Shown one piece after another: positions 30,900 to 41,887 of a stretch of 64,000 bases of DNA (position 1 is its first letter; each line of letters starts with the position of its first letter). The stretch is taken from assembly GCA_963755915.1 (NCBI GenBank), contig CAVWLP010000002.1:2272001-2336000 (forward strand). Direction: 5' to 3'. Below the pieces are notes generated by a model, which saw only the letters and a list, made by a program, of their open reading frames with translations, searched no databases and had not been told where the DNA came from. This stretch comes from an uncultured Phycisphaerales bacterium (lineage in GTDB: Bacteria > Planctomycetota > Phycisphaerae > Tepidisphaerales > Tepidisphaeraceae). The translations under genes and the position numbers were made by a program.

Positions 30900-32107
30900 T
30901 CGAGTGTCCCGTGCAGGAGAGCTTCCGGGCGAGGCAGGTCGCCGGGATGTTTGATCTGCCGGTGGATTCCGGAATGCGGTCCTCGTTTTGCGTGAAGGTG
31001 CCGACGCTGGATGAGCATTGAAGCATCGGAGCGATCGTGGGGCCGAGCGGGTCTGGAAAGACAACGATCGCGAAGCGGGCGTTCGGGGCGTGGATGCCGG
31101 AAGAGTGGGATTGGCCGGGAAATCAGAGCATTCTTGAGGGTTTCCCCGCGGAGATGGAAATTCGCCGGATTACGCAGTTACTCGGCAGCGTAGGGTTCAG
31201 CTCGCCGCCGGCGTGGATGCGGCCGTTTCATCTGTTGAGCAATGGGGAACAGTTTCGCGTGACGCTCGCGCGCACGCTGGCGGAGTTGCCTGAGCTGGCG
31301 GTTGTGGATGAGTTCACCAGCGTGGTGGACCGGACGGTGGCGAAGATCGGATCGGCGGCGGTGAGCCGGGCGGTGCGCCGAAGCGGCAGAAGATTCGTCG
31401 CGGTGAGCTGTCATTACGACATTCTTCCCTGGCTGGAGCCGGACTGGGTCGTGGACATGGGAAATGCCGAACCGCAGCCGGAGGCGAGGAGCGGTACGCC
31501 GCATCGATCGGACGCCGTTCGCCCGGAGGGCGGACCACCGTTGCCAGATCCCGAATCAAATGAAGAAGCACGGGGGTGGCTTCGGCGACCGGACATTCGG
31601 TTGGAGATCGTGCGGTGCGATACGTCGGCGTGGAGAATATTCAGCCGTCATCACTATTTGAGCGGCAGGTTGCATTCATCGGCGTTTTGTTTTTTAGCGT
31701 TGATTGAAGATCAGCCGGCGGCGTTTGTGGCGGCGCTGCCGTTTCCGCATGCGACGCATCCTGGCTGGCGGGAGCATCGCTGTGTCTGCCTGCCAGATTA
31801 CCAGGGAGTGGGGATAGGCAATGCCGTCAGCGAATTTGTCGCGTCGCTGTTCGTCGCGACGGGGCGGCCATACACAAGCGTGACCAGCCATCCGGCGATG
31901 ATGCATCATCGTTCGCGCTCGCCGCTGTGGCGCGTGCGGCGGGGGCCGTCGCGGGTGGTGCGAAATAAGAATCGCGGCGGTGTCGCGACTGGAATGGACA
32001 GATCGATCAGCAGCCGGCGGATGACCGCGAGCTTTAAATTTGTGGGATGCGCCAGGTTTGAGGCGGCGCAGGCCTTTGACCTGCTGCGAAACGTGGAGGT
32101 TTTATGA
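30878..32107 (+). CDS. ABC-type ATPase fused to GNAT/Mom-like acetyltransferase; in-frame TGA at 31019
   Basis: GPSGSGKTT, LSNGEQFR, VVDEFTSVVDR; W..FSRHHYL, VCLPDYQGVGIG. Confidence 0.8.
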
Positions 32108-32406
32108 GATCGGAGCTTTCCGACGAACTCGTGCGGGGTCTGGCGGTTGAGGGGGCTACGGATGAGGACATCTGCGAAATCTACGGCCTGACGCGTGCTC
32201 AGCTTCTGAGCAGCTTTGGGCATGTATTGAAGGAGGCACGGGCGCACAGGAGGGTGTTGTTGCGGAAACTGCAGAATAAGGAGGCACAGAAGGGAAATAC
32301 GACGATTTTGGCTCTACTGGGGAAAAATGAGCTGGGGCAAGACCGACGAGAAAGAGCCGGCGACGATCATTGGCCCGAACCACAACTGGGCGAGAAGGTG
32401 GGTTGA
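32104..32406 (+). CDS. Terminase small subunit-like
   Basis: N-terminal HTH (GATDEDICEIYG), GNTTILALLGKNELGQ; precedes large terminase. Confidence 0.7.
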   Translation: MRSELSDELVRGLAVEGATDEDICEIYGLTRAQLLSSFGHVLKEARAHRRVLLRKLQNKEAQKGNTTILALLGKNELGQDRRERAGDDHWPEPQLGEKVG

Positions 32407-33657
32407 GCTTCGGCCGCACGATGAGCAGCTTCGGCTGTGGAACGACGGCACGCGCTTCAAGCTGGTTCCCGCTGGGCGGCGCAGTGGGAAGACCGAGCTG
32501 GCGAAACGCCGGCTGGTGGAGCACCTGTTCCGTAAGACGTTTCACGGGTTGCCGGGATGTTATTTCGCTGCCGCGCCGACGCGTGCTCAGGCGAAGCGGA
32601 TTTTCTGGAGAGACCTCAAGTCGCTGATCCATCGCGGGTGGATCGAGAAGATCAACGAGACCGATCTCCAGATCATCACGACGGTGGGATCGGAATTGTG
32701 GGTACATGGGCTGGACGTTCCCGAGCGCGTGGAAGGCAGCCCCTGGGACGGTTGTGTGATCGACGAGATTGCCAACTGCAAGCCGGGGATCTGGGATGCG
32801 CACATTCGCCCGGCACTGGCGGATCGGCGCGGGTGGGCATGGCTCATTGGTGTGCCGGACATGTTTGGGCCGGCGCAGATAGATTATGAGCGGCTTGCCT
32901 TGTGGCGCAAAGCAAGACCGATCCGGATTGGGCCTATTTCAGTTGGCCTTCGACGGAAATTCTGACGGCCGAGGAAATCGAATCGGCAAGCAGGCGCATG
33001 GATCCGCTGATCTTTCAGCAGGAATATCTCGGCAAGTTTGTGACTGGCCGCGGGCGGGCGTTTGCGGGATTCGATCCGGCGGTTCACGTGAAACCAACGC
33101 CGTACGATCCGTCGCTGCGGATTTGCTGGTCGCTGGATTTCAATATCGATCCCATGTGCAGCGGCGTGATTCAACACCATCGCGGAATGGTGCGGGTGAT
33201 TCACGAGTTTTCCCTTCCGGACACGGACACCAACAGCGCGTGCGACGCGCTGCTGGAGATGGCAACGGCTCGAGGCTGGGACCTGCACGACTTGACGATT
33301 TATGGCGACGCCAGCGGCAGCGCCCGCGATAGCACGAGCGGCATTTCCGATTGGAACATCGTGCTGCGCCGGCTGCACAATTTGTCTCCGCACTTGAAGG
33401 TGCCCAGGGCAAATCCGCACGTAAAGGACACGGTGAATGCGGTTCGGGCGATCCTTCGGACCGACGGTAATGCCCGGCGTTTGTCGATCGATCCGCAGTG
33501 CGGGCGGTTGATCGAAGATATGCGGACGGCCGTGTGGCCGGGGAATCTCGATCTTCATCACGCGCTGGCCTGGCTGCGTTATTTCGTCGCCTGCGAGTAT
33601 CCGCTGGAAGCGCCGCGGATTGTTACGCCCGGAGTGGTCGCATTTTCGAAATGGTGA
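32327..33657 (+). CDS. Terminase large subunit (frameshift ~32900)
   Basis: AGRRSGKT, AAPTRAQAK, VIDE; nuclease SLDFNIDPM, YGDASG, NPHVKDTVN. Confidence 0.9.
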
Positions 33658-33662
33658 TCGAT

Positions 33663-34980
33663 ATGAGCTTGAATGAAATGTCCATCATCACGCTGGACCC
33701 GCGGTCCGAGCTGGTGGGTTTGGCTAACATCCCCGCGAAAGTTCCGGCGGTGGGAGAAAAAACGCCGGCGCAGACGATTTCCCCGCCGGGCGGAATTCCC
33801 TCAGCGAGCGCGATGGGACTGGCGGGGTTTTTCCAGGCGCCGTCGGGAACGTATCAGACGTATCGGCAGATTTCTGCCCATCCGACGTGCGCGCTGGTGC
33901 GCGGAATCGTGACGGCGCCGATTGTGGGAAACTCTTGGCAGTGGAAGAAGAGCCGGGAAAATGTTCCGGATGAATGGGTGAATTTCGCGCGGGAGGTGAT
34001 GACGCCGCTGCGGCAGTCATTGGTGCGCGATGTTCTGCGAGCGCTGGAATTTGGGTGGGCGGGGTTTGAGAAGATCTGGACGGTTGAGGCCGGCCGGCGG
34101 GTTCTTTCCCGGCTAAAGCCGCTCCAGTGGGATTTCACGGAGATTCTACTGGACGAGCATGGAAATCCGGCTGGACTGCGCAATCGGCCGCCGGAGGGTC
34201 CGCCGGTGCTGCTGGGGAAGGGGAAATATTTTCTCTACAGCTTCGACGGTGAGGCGGCGAATCCATATGGGCGGTCGCGGCATGAAAACGTCCGCCAGGC
34301 CTGGTCGGAAAGCGAGCAGATTCGCGAGCGGCTGGCGCAGTATATGAAGAAGGTTTCGGGGATCGTCGTTCAACTCCATTACCCGGAGGGAACCAGCCGC
34401 GATGTGGCGGGCGCGGATCGGCCGAATCAGTGGCTTGGGCAGCAGGTGCTCGATTCCGTGTCGGCCGGCAAAAGCGTGATGTTTCCCAACGGTTTCGCGG
34501 CCACGGGCGATTTGAAGACGGCGTACGAGCTGGCCGGCAAGAGCTCCTGGCAGCTCTCGACGCTGGAAGTGCAGGGAACCGATCATGCGCCGGGAATGAA
34601 GCTGGTGATGGAGTATTACGACGCGCTGATTTTCCGCGGCTGGCTGCGGCCGGAACGCGTGGGGCTGGAATCGCGGCTATGCCAGCCGGGCCGATGCGAA
34701 GATTCATACGGATACCGGCACGCTCGACTGCGAATTGATCGACCGCGACATTGCCGATGCGGTGACGCGGGACGTTGTTGACGAATTGCTGGTGCTGAAC
34801 TTTGGAAAGCGTGCCGCGGGCGCGGTCGCGATCGAGCCGCCGCCCATCGAGAACGATGCATTGGGCGTTCTGCGCGACGCTTTGAATCTGCTGATTAACA
34901 AGGACAGCGCGGCGGTTTCGGCGAAGATCGATCTGCCGGCGCTTTTGGATCAACTTTCGGTTCCGCGAACGGCGTCCTAA
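33663..34980 (+). CDS. Portal protein, DUF935/Mu gp29-like (frameshift ~34680)
   Basis: ALEFGWAGFEKIW, NPYGRS, LLVLNFG; follows terminase. Confidence 0.8.
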
Positions 34981-35018
34981 GGCGCGTGTTTGCAAACGGG
35001 CATTTAACACCAAAAAAC

Positions 35019-36111
35019 ATGACTCAACCATCAACAACCTACAAGCTCCGCGCGCGCGATTTGTCGCCCGATTTTCCGGTAACTACGGCGGGAGAACTCC
35101 CGGCCGAAGTCGCCGGCCAGCCGGCAGGCTATTTCTGGAAGGACATGATCCACCGCGGCGAATATGTGCATCCGTCGCGGGGATATTCGCTGGCGGTGAA
35201 TGACAAGCGGCTCGCGAAATGGGCCGAAACGGGCGCGAAGATGCTCGAAGCGGGGCTGGCGATTCCAATTAACGTCGATCATTCCGACGCAGCGCGGGAC
35301 GTCGTCGGGTACGTGAAGCAATTCAAGCTCGAAGGGGATCGGCTGCTGGGGCTGTGCCAGTTCATCGGCGAAGAGTCGGCCCTAACGGCCGCGCGGAACC
35401 TGGCGTCGGTCGGTATCGATCCGGACTTTGTCGATGGCGAGGGGCGGCAATGGGGTGAGGCGATTGTGCATCTGGCACTAACGCCCGTGCCGGTGGTGCC
35501 GGATCAGGATCAATTTGTGATGGCGGATGAAATCGAACCGCCTGATGCGAATGCGGCTGGGATCTCATCGCTGCCTTGCACTCCGGAACAGTTTGCGACG
35601 CTTTGCGAATTGATCGGCGAGGGGCTCAGCGAAGCAGATTCGGTAGACCGGATCATCGGGCAATTGCGAACGGCTCGGGGAGCGAACCCAGCGGAATTGG
35701 AAGCGGAACTGGCCGCGGCGCGACAGCAGATGTTTCAGCTTTCTGCGCGATTGCCGCCGGCGATCTCGCCGGATGCCCAGGACGCTATGGCGGAGCTGGC
35801 GACGGCGAAGCTCGATTCGGCCGTCGAACGCGGGGCGCTTTCGCCGGTGGCGCGGAATCGGCTTGTCGCGGCGCTGGTGAAGGGAGAGGACGGGCGGGCC
35901 AACGTGATGACGCTTTCCCGGGCCGGCAGCGGCGGCGGGGACCGCTGCCTGGCGGTGGCCGTCGCGGAAATACTTCTGGACAACCAGCCGATCCAGGTCG
36001 GCGAATCGACGCGGTTGCAGGCGATGTCGCGAGCGATTCCTGGTGAAGAATCTTCGCCGATCGACGCAGCTGCGGAGATACATGACGAAAATCGCCAGCG
36101 TATCGGGATAG
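35019..36111 (+). CDS. Prohead protease/scaffold, Mu-like (frameshift ~36065)
   Basis: GEYVHP, IPINVDH, HLALTPVPVV; helical C-terminal scaffold. Confidence 0.75.
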
Positions 36112-36173
36112 CGAAGCGATCGCGATCGCGGGGAACAGTTCAATCACAATCATATTCAATTGAAAGGATCACA

Positions 36174-36882
36174 ATGTTTTCGAATCCACAGGGTAAACCG
36201 GGCGTGGTGGGCAATTACGATTCTCAGCCGCGCGAAGTGTTTTATTCAGGGCGGGAATTTGCCCAGTTCTGGGCGCCGCCGGTGACGATCGACGGGACGA
36301 ATTCCAGCAATCCGCTCAATGCGCCATACGTATGGCTGCTCTGGGCGGGAACGCTGATGGGGCAGATCACCGCGACGTGGAAATATGCCAACAGCGTGCT
36401 CGGCCTGACCAGCGCGGCCGCGGCCAGCGGGGCGACTTCAGTGTACGACCGATGTAAACACGGCGGCGGAAATCGTACGGCGGATCGGCGCCTCGGGCAC
36501 ATTCAAGCTGACAGGCCCGCCCGCGACAGGCGGAACCGTGGCGACCCAGGTCGTCACCTATTCCGCGGTGAACACCACGACGGGCGTGATCACTTGCACA
36601 GCGATTTCGGCCGCGGCCGTCAGCGGATCGTTCATCCAGCCGACCGATGGCAGCGAAAGCATCGTGACGCTGCTGTGTGAAGTCGATGGTTTGCAGATCG
36701 TCGACCAGACCTACACCAATCGCGTCGACGTTTTCTGCGGCACCCTTCTGGCCGGCGGGGGAACGATCAATACGGGGATGATCGTCAATTATCCATCCGA
36801 CCCGAGTTTGCAGGAGTACGTGAAAACGGCGCTGCGGACGCGGAGTCCCGGCGTGACGTTCCTGGATGATATCATTGGGTAA
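36174..36882 (+). CDS. Head decoration-like protein (frameshift ~36445)
   Basis: LWAGTLMGQITAT; lies between protease and capsid; AAAGGA RBS. Confidence 0.6.
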
Positions 36883-36996
36883 ACCAGAAACCCGAAATCA
36901 GAATGACGAATCAAATCCGAATGACAAAAGCCGAAGTTGCCCTCATTCGGTCATTCGGGCTTCGGGTTTGATTCTGGTTTCGGAATTCGGATTTCA
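36881..36996. repeat. Imperfect inverted repeat of ~7-bp units (MITE/REP-like) inside the head operon
   Basis: CCGAAATCAGAATGACGAATCAAATCCGAATGAC...GTCATTCGGGCTTCGGGTTTGATTCTGGTTTCGG. Confidence 0.7.
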
Positions 36997-37030
36997 CCTC
37001 AACAGGCAAATTATTTTCAAGGATCTCAAC

Positions 37031-38151
37031 ATGGCATACGTATCGATCAACGACATTCTGGCGCGCCCAATCTTTGCGGGATCATCCAGAGCACGGTCAG
37101 CGGCATTCCCAATCCGTTTCCACCGGCGTTTTTCCAGGTCGATCAGACCGTGGACGGCGACACCGGGGAATATAAAGTGTTCAGCGGCTCGCGATCCAAC
37201 GCGACGATCTCCGCCTACGGAGCGCCGTCGAAAAATCGCCAGCTTCGCGACGATCGGCGTGAAGGCCGTCAAGCTGCTCCACAGCGTCGAGAACATCGTC
37301 CTGCCGGTGAAGGACTACGTGAACCTGCTGAATTACACCGATCTGTCCAAGCAGAAGCTGGGGATCGATGAAGTCAGCCGGCAGATTCGCGAAGCGCGGT
37401 GGTCGCAGGACAACCTGCGCATCAGTGCGCTGACGTCGATGCTTTTCCAGACCGAAATCTGGTACGACGGGCTGGGAAATCTGTTGCCCAGTTCCACCGG
37501 GGCGCAGACGACGGTGAATTACGGGGTGCCAACGGGCAACCAGAACCAGCTCGACGTCTTTGGAACGGGAAGCCCGATCATCAGCGCCACCTGGGCGACG
37601 AACACGACGCCGATCGACAAGCAGATTCAGTCGCTGCACCAGGCGGCGGTGCAATTGACGGGATATGAACTGAAGCACGCCTTCTATGGCAAGAATGTTC
37701 CCAGTTATCTGACGAGCAATACCAACCTGGGCAACTATTTCTTCCGCGACGCCTATGGCCCGGACGCCTTCGGCCCGACGTATGTCGCCACGGCGGACAT
37801 TCCGAATCCTCTGCTCGGATTGACCTGGCACAAGGCGTATCAGAGTTTTTTCTACGATCAGAATGGAAATCGCCAGACCCTGGTGGGTGACGACCAGGTC
37901 GTCTTCACGCCCGAGCCCAGCACGGCGTGGATCGGATTCCTGGAAGGGACATATCCGGTTCCAACGCAAGGCGGGAATCGTCACGCCGGCCGATCCGGCA
38001 GTTGTCTCCGGAATGGAAACACGCGCGGGGTTGTTCGCATTATGGCATGGCCAGTGCGGATCCGCCTTCGGCCAAGATCGTTTATGGCGACACGTTCCTG
38101 CCCGTGCTGAAGGTTCCCAGTGCGATTTTCGTGGCCGACGTCAACCCCTAA
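37031..38151 (+). CDS. Major capsid protein (gpE-like; several frameshifts)
   Basis: ~370 aa after decoration gene; VNYGVPTGN, WATNTTPIDKQI, FLPVLKVPSAIFVADV C-terminus. Confidence 0.75.
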
Positions 38152-38167
38152 CTCGCGTGCTCTTCCC

Positions 38168-38658
38168 ATGATCGATCCATTCACGCAATGTTCGCGGGCG
38201 ATTTTGTCGGCGCTTCAGGACGATCCCGGCTGGGCCGCGATGGTCAAGCCGGGAAACGTCGTCGATATGACGGCTCATTCGTTTGAGCAGTTCAAGTCAC
38301 GGCTCAGCCGGCGGATGTGCCGGAGGCGATCCTGCTTCAGGGCGAATTCCGGCTGAAGCCGTTCGGGTCCAGCAGCAGGATCGCTGAGATGGAGCAGAGC
38401 TTTCAGTTGATCGTCACCCACGATTCCCTGCGCGTGTGCCCGGTGAATCGATTGAAATATCAGACCCTCGTCGCTCTGGCGAAATCCGGGCCATCTCTAG
38501 GTTTCGACGGGTTGGTGCGCGGATGGGAGATCACCCAGGGAGACGACGACGCCCTGGGGCAGAAACACTGGCGGCGGGGAACGCAGCGATGGGTCAGCGT
38601 GCTGACGATTCGCGTGGGCCTCTACGTGCCGCGGGAGAAGCTCGTTTCCGCGTGTTAG
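38168..38658 (+). CDS. Tail completion/terminator-like protein (frameshift ~38300)
   Basis: Size and position after capsid; positional call only. Confidence 0.45.
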
Positions 38659-38686
38659 GCAGATTTGAAATTGAGGAGCTTTAGTC

Positions 38687-39181
38687 ATGTCAACGACACT
38701 TTCCAATCCGATCGCGACGGTGCAGTTGAAATGCCAGCTCAACGGCGGGGCGGTGCCCGCGCCGGTGACGTCGCAGGTAAATCACCAGCCGAACGTGGTG
38801 CTCGGCGCCGGGAACAGCGGCGGAAACGTGGACGGATGTTTTTCCGAACCGTTCACGGTCAGCGCGGGAACGCCGCTGACGATCTCCATGACGGCGCTGA
38901 ACGACCCGCTGGGGAATCCGATCACTTTCGTGCACGTTACTTCCGTGCTGGTGGAAAACGATAGCACGACGGCCGGCCAGAATTTCACGGTGGGAGGGGG
39001 AACGCATCCGGTGCTGGGAACCGACCAAGGATCTGCCCAGGCCAACGGCGGGGCGTTTCTGGTCTTCAATCCCAATCCGGGCTATTCGGTCGTGTCGGGG
39101 ACGAGCGACACGCTGCAGATTTCCGTCGCCTCCGGCACCAGCGTGCCGGGCAAGCTCACCATCCTCGGCCGCTCGGCGTAG
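38687..39181 (+). CDS. Beta-rich structural protein
   Basis: Intact ORF, GAGGAG RBS, T/S/G rich. Confidence 0.6.
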   Translation: MSTTLSNPIATVQLKCQLNGGAVPAPVTSQVNHQPNVVLGAGNSGGNVDGCFSEPFTVSAGTPLTISMTALNDPLGNPITFVHVTSVLVENDSTTAGQNFTVGGGTHPVLGTDQGSAQANGGAFLVFNPNPGYSVVSGTSDTLQISVASGTSVPGKLTILGRSA

Positions 39182-39217
39182 TTCACAATTCGGCGTAATT
39201 CATTTTCAGGAGAAACC

Positions 39218-39634
39218 ATGGCCGCCTCGGTATTTCATTCCGGTTCATTCGGCACCGCGACGCTCGGATCAAACGAGTTGTCGGTCACCGGCTGGCAGGT
39301 CCAGCCGACCGCGCAGCTTGTGGAATTCAAGAACAGCAAGAGCGGTGGTTACGTTCTTCGCGAAGCCACGTTCAAGGATTGCAGCGTGGCGATCGACGTC
39401 GATTTCGACTTTGGCAACAACCCGTTTCAAACGCCTTTTTCAATTCAGCCGGGCACGACGCTGAGCAACGTGATCCTCTGCCTGCACCAGACCGCCTCGG
39501 GCGCGCTGGATGGATTGCAGTGGACGTTTTCGTCGCTGGTGGTCGATTCAACGCCGCAGAAATTGCAGGTTGACGGGCGGATCACCACGCGATTCACCGC
39601 CAAGGGGAACGGCAGCTACACACCTGCATCGTAG
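39218..39634 (+). CDS. Tail tube protein-like
   Basis: FHSGSFG N-terminus, TRFTAKGNG C-terminus, 138 aa, CAGGAG RBS. Confidence 0.65.
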   Translation: MAASVFHSGSFGTATLGSNELSVTGWQVQPTAQLVEFKNSKSGGYVLREATFKDCSVAIDVDFDFGNNPFQTPFSIQPGTTLSNVILCLHQTASGALDGLQWTFSSLVVDSTPQKLQVDGRITTRFTAKGNGSYTPAS

Positions 39635-39657
39635 TGGAACGATTGGGAGGCTGAACC

Positions 39658-40179
39658 ATGAGCGATCTGAAAGACCTGGTTGGTCTGGGCGACAACGCCA
39701 CATTTCCCGGGCACACGCTTTCGCCGCCGCGGCTGATTGAGTTCGCCGAGGCGGAAGAGGAAGCGGCAGCGCAATACCTTCGGGGTATCGCGAAGGCGTC
39801 GGCGGGACTGCCGCCAGTGGCCCGCGACCTGCTTCATCAGCGGGCGGTGGACAACCTGCGGTCGCATCCGTTCAGCTACGGCTCGGCGGCGTTTGATCAG
39901 TGGGCGCTATCAATGTCGGCGGCGCCGTTCCTCGCTTGGCTGCTTCTTCGCATCAAACATCCGAAGATGTCGCTCAGCGAGGCGTCGCAGCTTCTGTGCG
40001 AAGGTGAATACGCGGCCAAGGTGGGAGCGGTCTGGTCGATGTGGGGCTACAAGCCCGCAAAAAAAGCCGCGCCGGCGGTGGAAGCCGCGCCTCCGCCGGC
40101 GAAGGCAGAGGCCGGGCAATCGACTGGCGGGGAATCTTCGCGCGGCTCACGTCCGCCAGGCCAGGGGGATGCGGTTTGA
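39658..40179 (+). CDS. Tail assembly chaperone (G-like)
   Basis: Follows tail tube; contains A AAA AAA at 40059-40065. Confidence 0.6.
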   Translation: MSDLKDLVGLGDNATFPGHTLSPPRLIEFAEAEEEAAAQYLRGIAKASAGLPPVARDLLHQRAVDNLRSHPFSYGSAAFDQWALSMSAAPFLAWLLLRIKHPKMSLSEASQLLCEGEYAAKVGAVWSMWGYKPAKKAAPAVEAAPPPAKAEAGQSTGGESSRGSRPPGQGDAV

Positions 40180-40469
40180 GCTATCAGCAGGCGGCGGAGC
40201 TGACGTGGGCGCAGTTGATGCATGCAATGGGGGTTTCGCCGAATGTGGTGAGTGACGAAGAGATTGGAGCGAAGATTCGAGCGGGGCAGGACGAAATATT
40301 TCGGCTATCCGACGGCGGACCTCACGCCGCTCCTGGACTAGCTGAGCCGCCGGAAATACACCAAACTCGCCCAACGCTAGGACCAGATACTAGACGCAGC
40401 TGCCACAAATTGCCCGGTTTGCCGGCATCCAGACTGAGACCCAGCACAGGAAGTTGCAAAATCGGATAA
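40059..40469 (+). CDS. -1 frame extension of tail chaperone (T-like)
   Basis: Open -1 frame: IDWRGIFARLT..GLSYQQAAELTWAQL; 3' part probably disrupted. Confidence 0.5.
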   Translation, partial: KKSRAGGGSRASAGEGRGRAIDWRGIFARLTSARPGGCGLSYQQAAELTWAQLMHAMGVSPNVVSDEEIGAKIRAGQDEIFRLSDGGPHAAPGLAEPPEIHQTRPTLGPDTRRSCHKLPGLPASRLRPSTGSCKIG

Positions 40470-40526
40470 ATCTCGACAGATTTGGTTACCGATCAGTATA
40501 GTTGGGCGACCATTCGCCATGAGCAA

Positions 40527-41303
40527 ATGAGCGTAACGAAGCCAAAGTTAGTCCAGACGGTTTGTGAAATCCGGTACGAACGAGGATACCGTTACCTCGA
40601 TCGGTGCGGGGAGGCTATGCTTATTTTGCAGGAACTTTTGCCTTCTGAGACGCAAAAGACCTGGATGCCTGACGAGATAGCACCATCTGGAGCCCGACTA
40701 AAATGCCCAGATCTTGACACGATGGTTTACTTCGATAGTGCCCGGCTCGTTGTAGACCAAAATCCGGCGAGCGGAACCGACGAGTTTCCAAGGATATGCC
40801 AGTATGTGTGGTCTACCATCAAGGGCCGATTTGATCTGCGTGACATTGTGCGTGTCGGATACAGAAGTTTTTATATGGTTGCAACCGATTCAATTGATGA
40901 AGCCGAAGCCCTTTCCGTGAAGATGTCCCCGTTTGGCGAATGGGTAAGGAGTTTGAACGAGGAAGCGACCGCGTGCGAAGCAACGTGCGTTTATGAGAAT
41001 GCGGAACGATCGGCCGGATATCGGCTGTCATTGCGGCCGTCGTTTAGAGTTGAGGCTCCGTTGCAAATCGACCCAAGATTGCAAACGCCGCCCCGTCTTC
41101 TCGCGCAGGGACAACGTGAGGCCTTACAGTCGCAAAGACAGCGACGTGCTCAGCGCGAGAAGGAACCGCTTGCCGGCCTACTAATCGACATCGATCACTA
41201 CACAATTCGACCAGAAACATTGGATGCCGACGGATTCATCGATGCCTCCCGTAAAAGATCAGAAGAGATTGTATCCGAGCTGACTAAACCAGGTGCCAAA
41301 TGA
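40527..41303 (+). CDS. TIGR04255-like protein
   Basis: PKLVQTVCEIRY, VRVGYR, LLIDIDHY; lower GC. Confidence 0.65.
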   Translation: MSVTKPKLVQTVCEIRYERGYRYLDRCGEAMLILQELLPSETQKTWMPDEIAPSGARLKCPDLDTMVYFDSARLVVDQNPASGTDEFPRICQYVWSTIKGRFDLRDIVRVGYRSFYMVATDSIDEAEALSVKMSPFGEWVRSLNEEATACEATCVYENAERSAGYRLSLRPSFRVEAPLQIDPRLQTPPRLLAQGQREALQSQRQRRAQREKEPLAGLLIDIDHYTIRPETLDADGFIDASRKRSEEIVSELTKPGAK

Positions 41304-41887
41304 GCAGGATAGCTAATGTGCAACCGTTTGTGTCCGGTTCTTCCGACCAATTTCAGGCTGGAGGCGTTAGTACCTCCGAGTTAAGGCCCCCCCCAACGAA
41401 GCCAGGATCGGCTTCAAGGACAGGAAAACTGGAATCCGGCACTGGTGAGGGCATTGGAAGCATCCACTTTGAACCCACCGTAAATCGCATACGTGGCGCG
41501 GAGAAGTTGGACCCGCGGCTGCTGGAGAAATCGGTGCAAACGCTCGATGGAATTGAGCGTCTTCCAGCGGAGGACATGAGCTTGGCGATCGAGTCGCTCC
41601 GGTATGTCGTGTGTGAGTTGTGGCTGAGCGCAGCCCGGGCTAGCCAGTCCCACAGATCAGTTCTCGCGATTGTTGAATCCCTAGTTTCGTCCGTAGAAAC
41701 TGTAACATCGAGTCAGGCGGCGGCGCTTCGTGGCGCCTTTAACGATCTGCGACAACCTGTGATTACCGAGCAGCACCTTGACGTGATCCGTTCCCAATTC
41801 ATTGACGAAGGCTATAATCCGATGGCGATTCTTAGTGGCTTGGAGAGTGATCCCGATGGAGACGGAAACGAAGCCGGAGGTAGCTAA
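41300..41887 (+). CDS. Hypothetical protein (disordered N-terminus, helical C-terminus)
   Basis: ATGA overlap with upstream gene, overlaps downstream gene. Confidence 0.6.
   Translation: MSRIANVQPFVSGSSDQFQAGGVSTSELRPPPTKPGSASRTGKLESGTGEGIGSIHFEPTVNRIRGAEKLDPRLLEKSVQTLDGIERLPAEDMSLAIESLRYVVCELWLSAARASQSHRSVLAIVESLVSSVETVTSSQAAALRGAFNDLRQPVITEQHLDVIRSQFIDEGYNPMAILSGLESDPDGDGNEAGGS

Noticed and set aside
35019-36680. Protease-decoration fusion (564 aa ORF in the track)
   Set aside because: Artefact of an indel near 36065; alternative frame ends at TAG 36111 and a separate RBS + ATG is at 36174.
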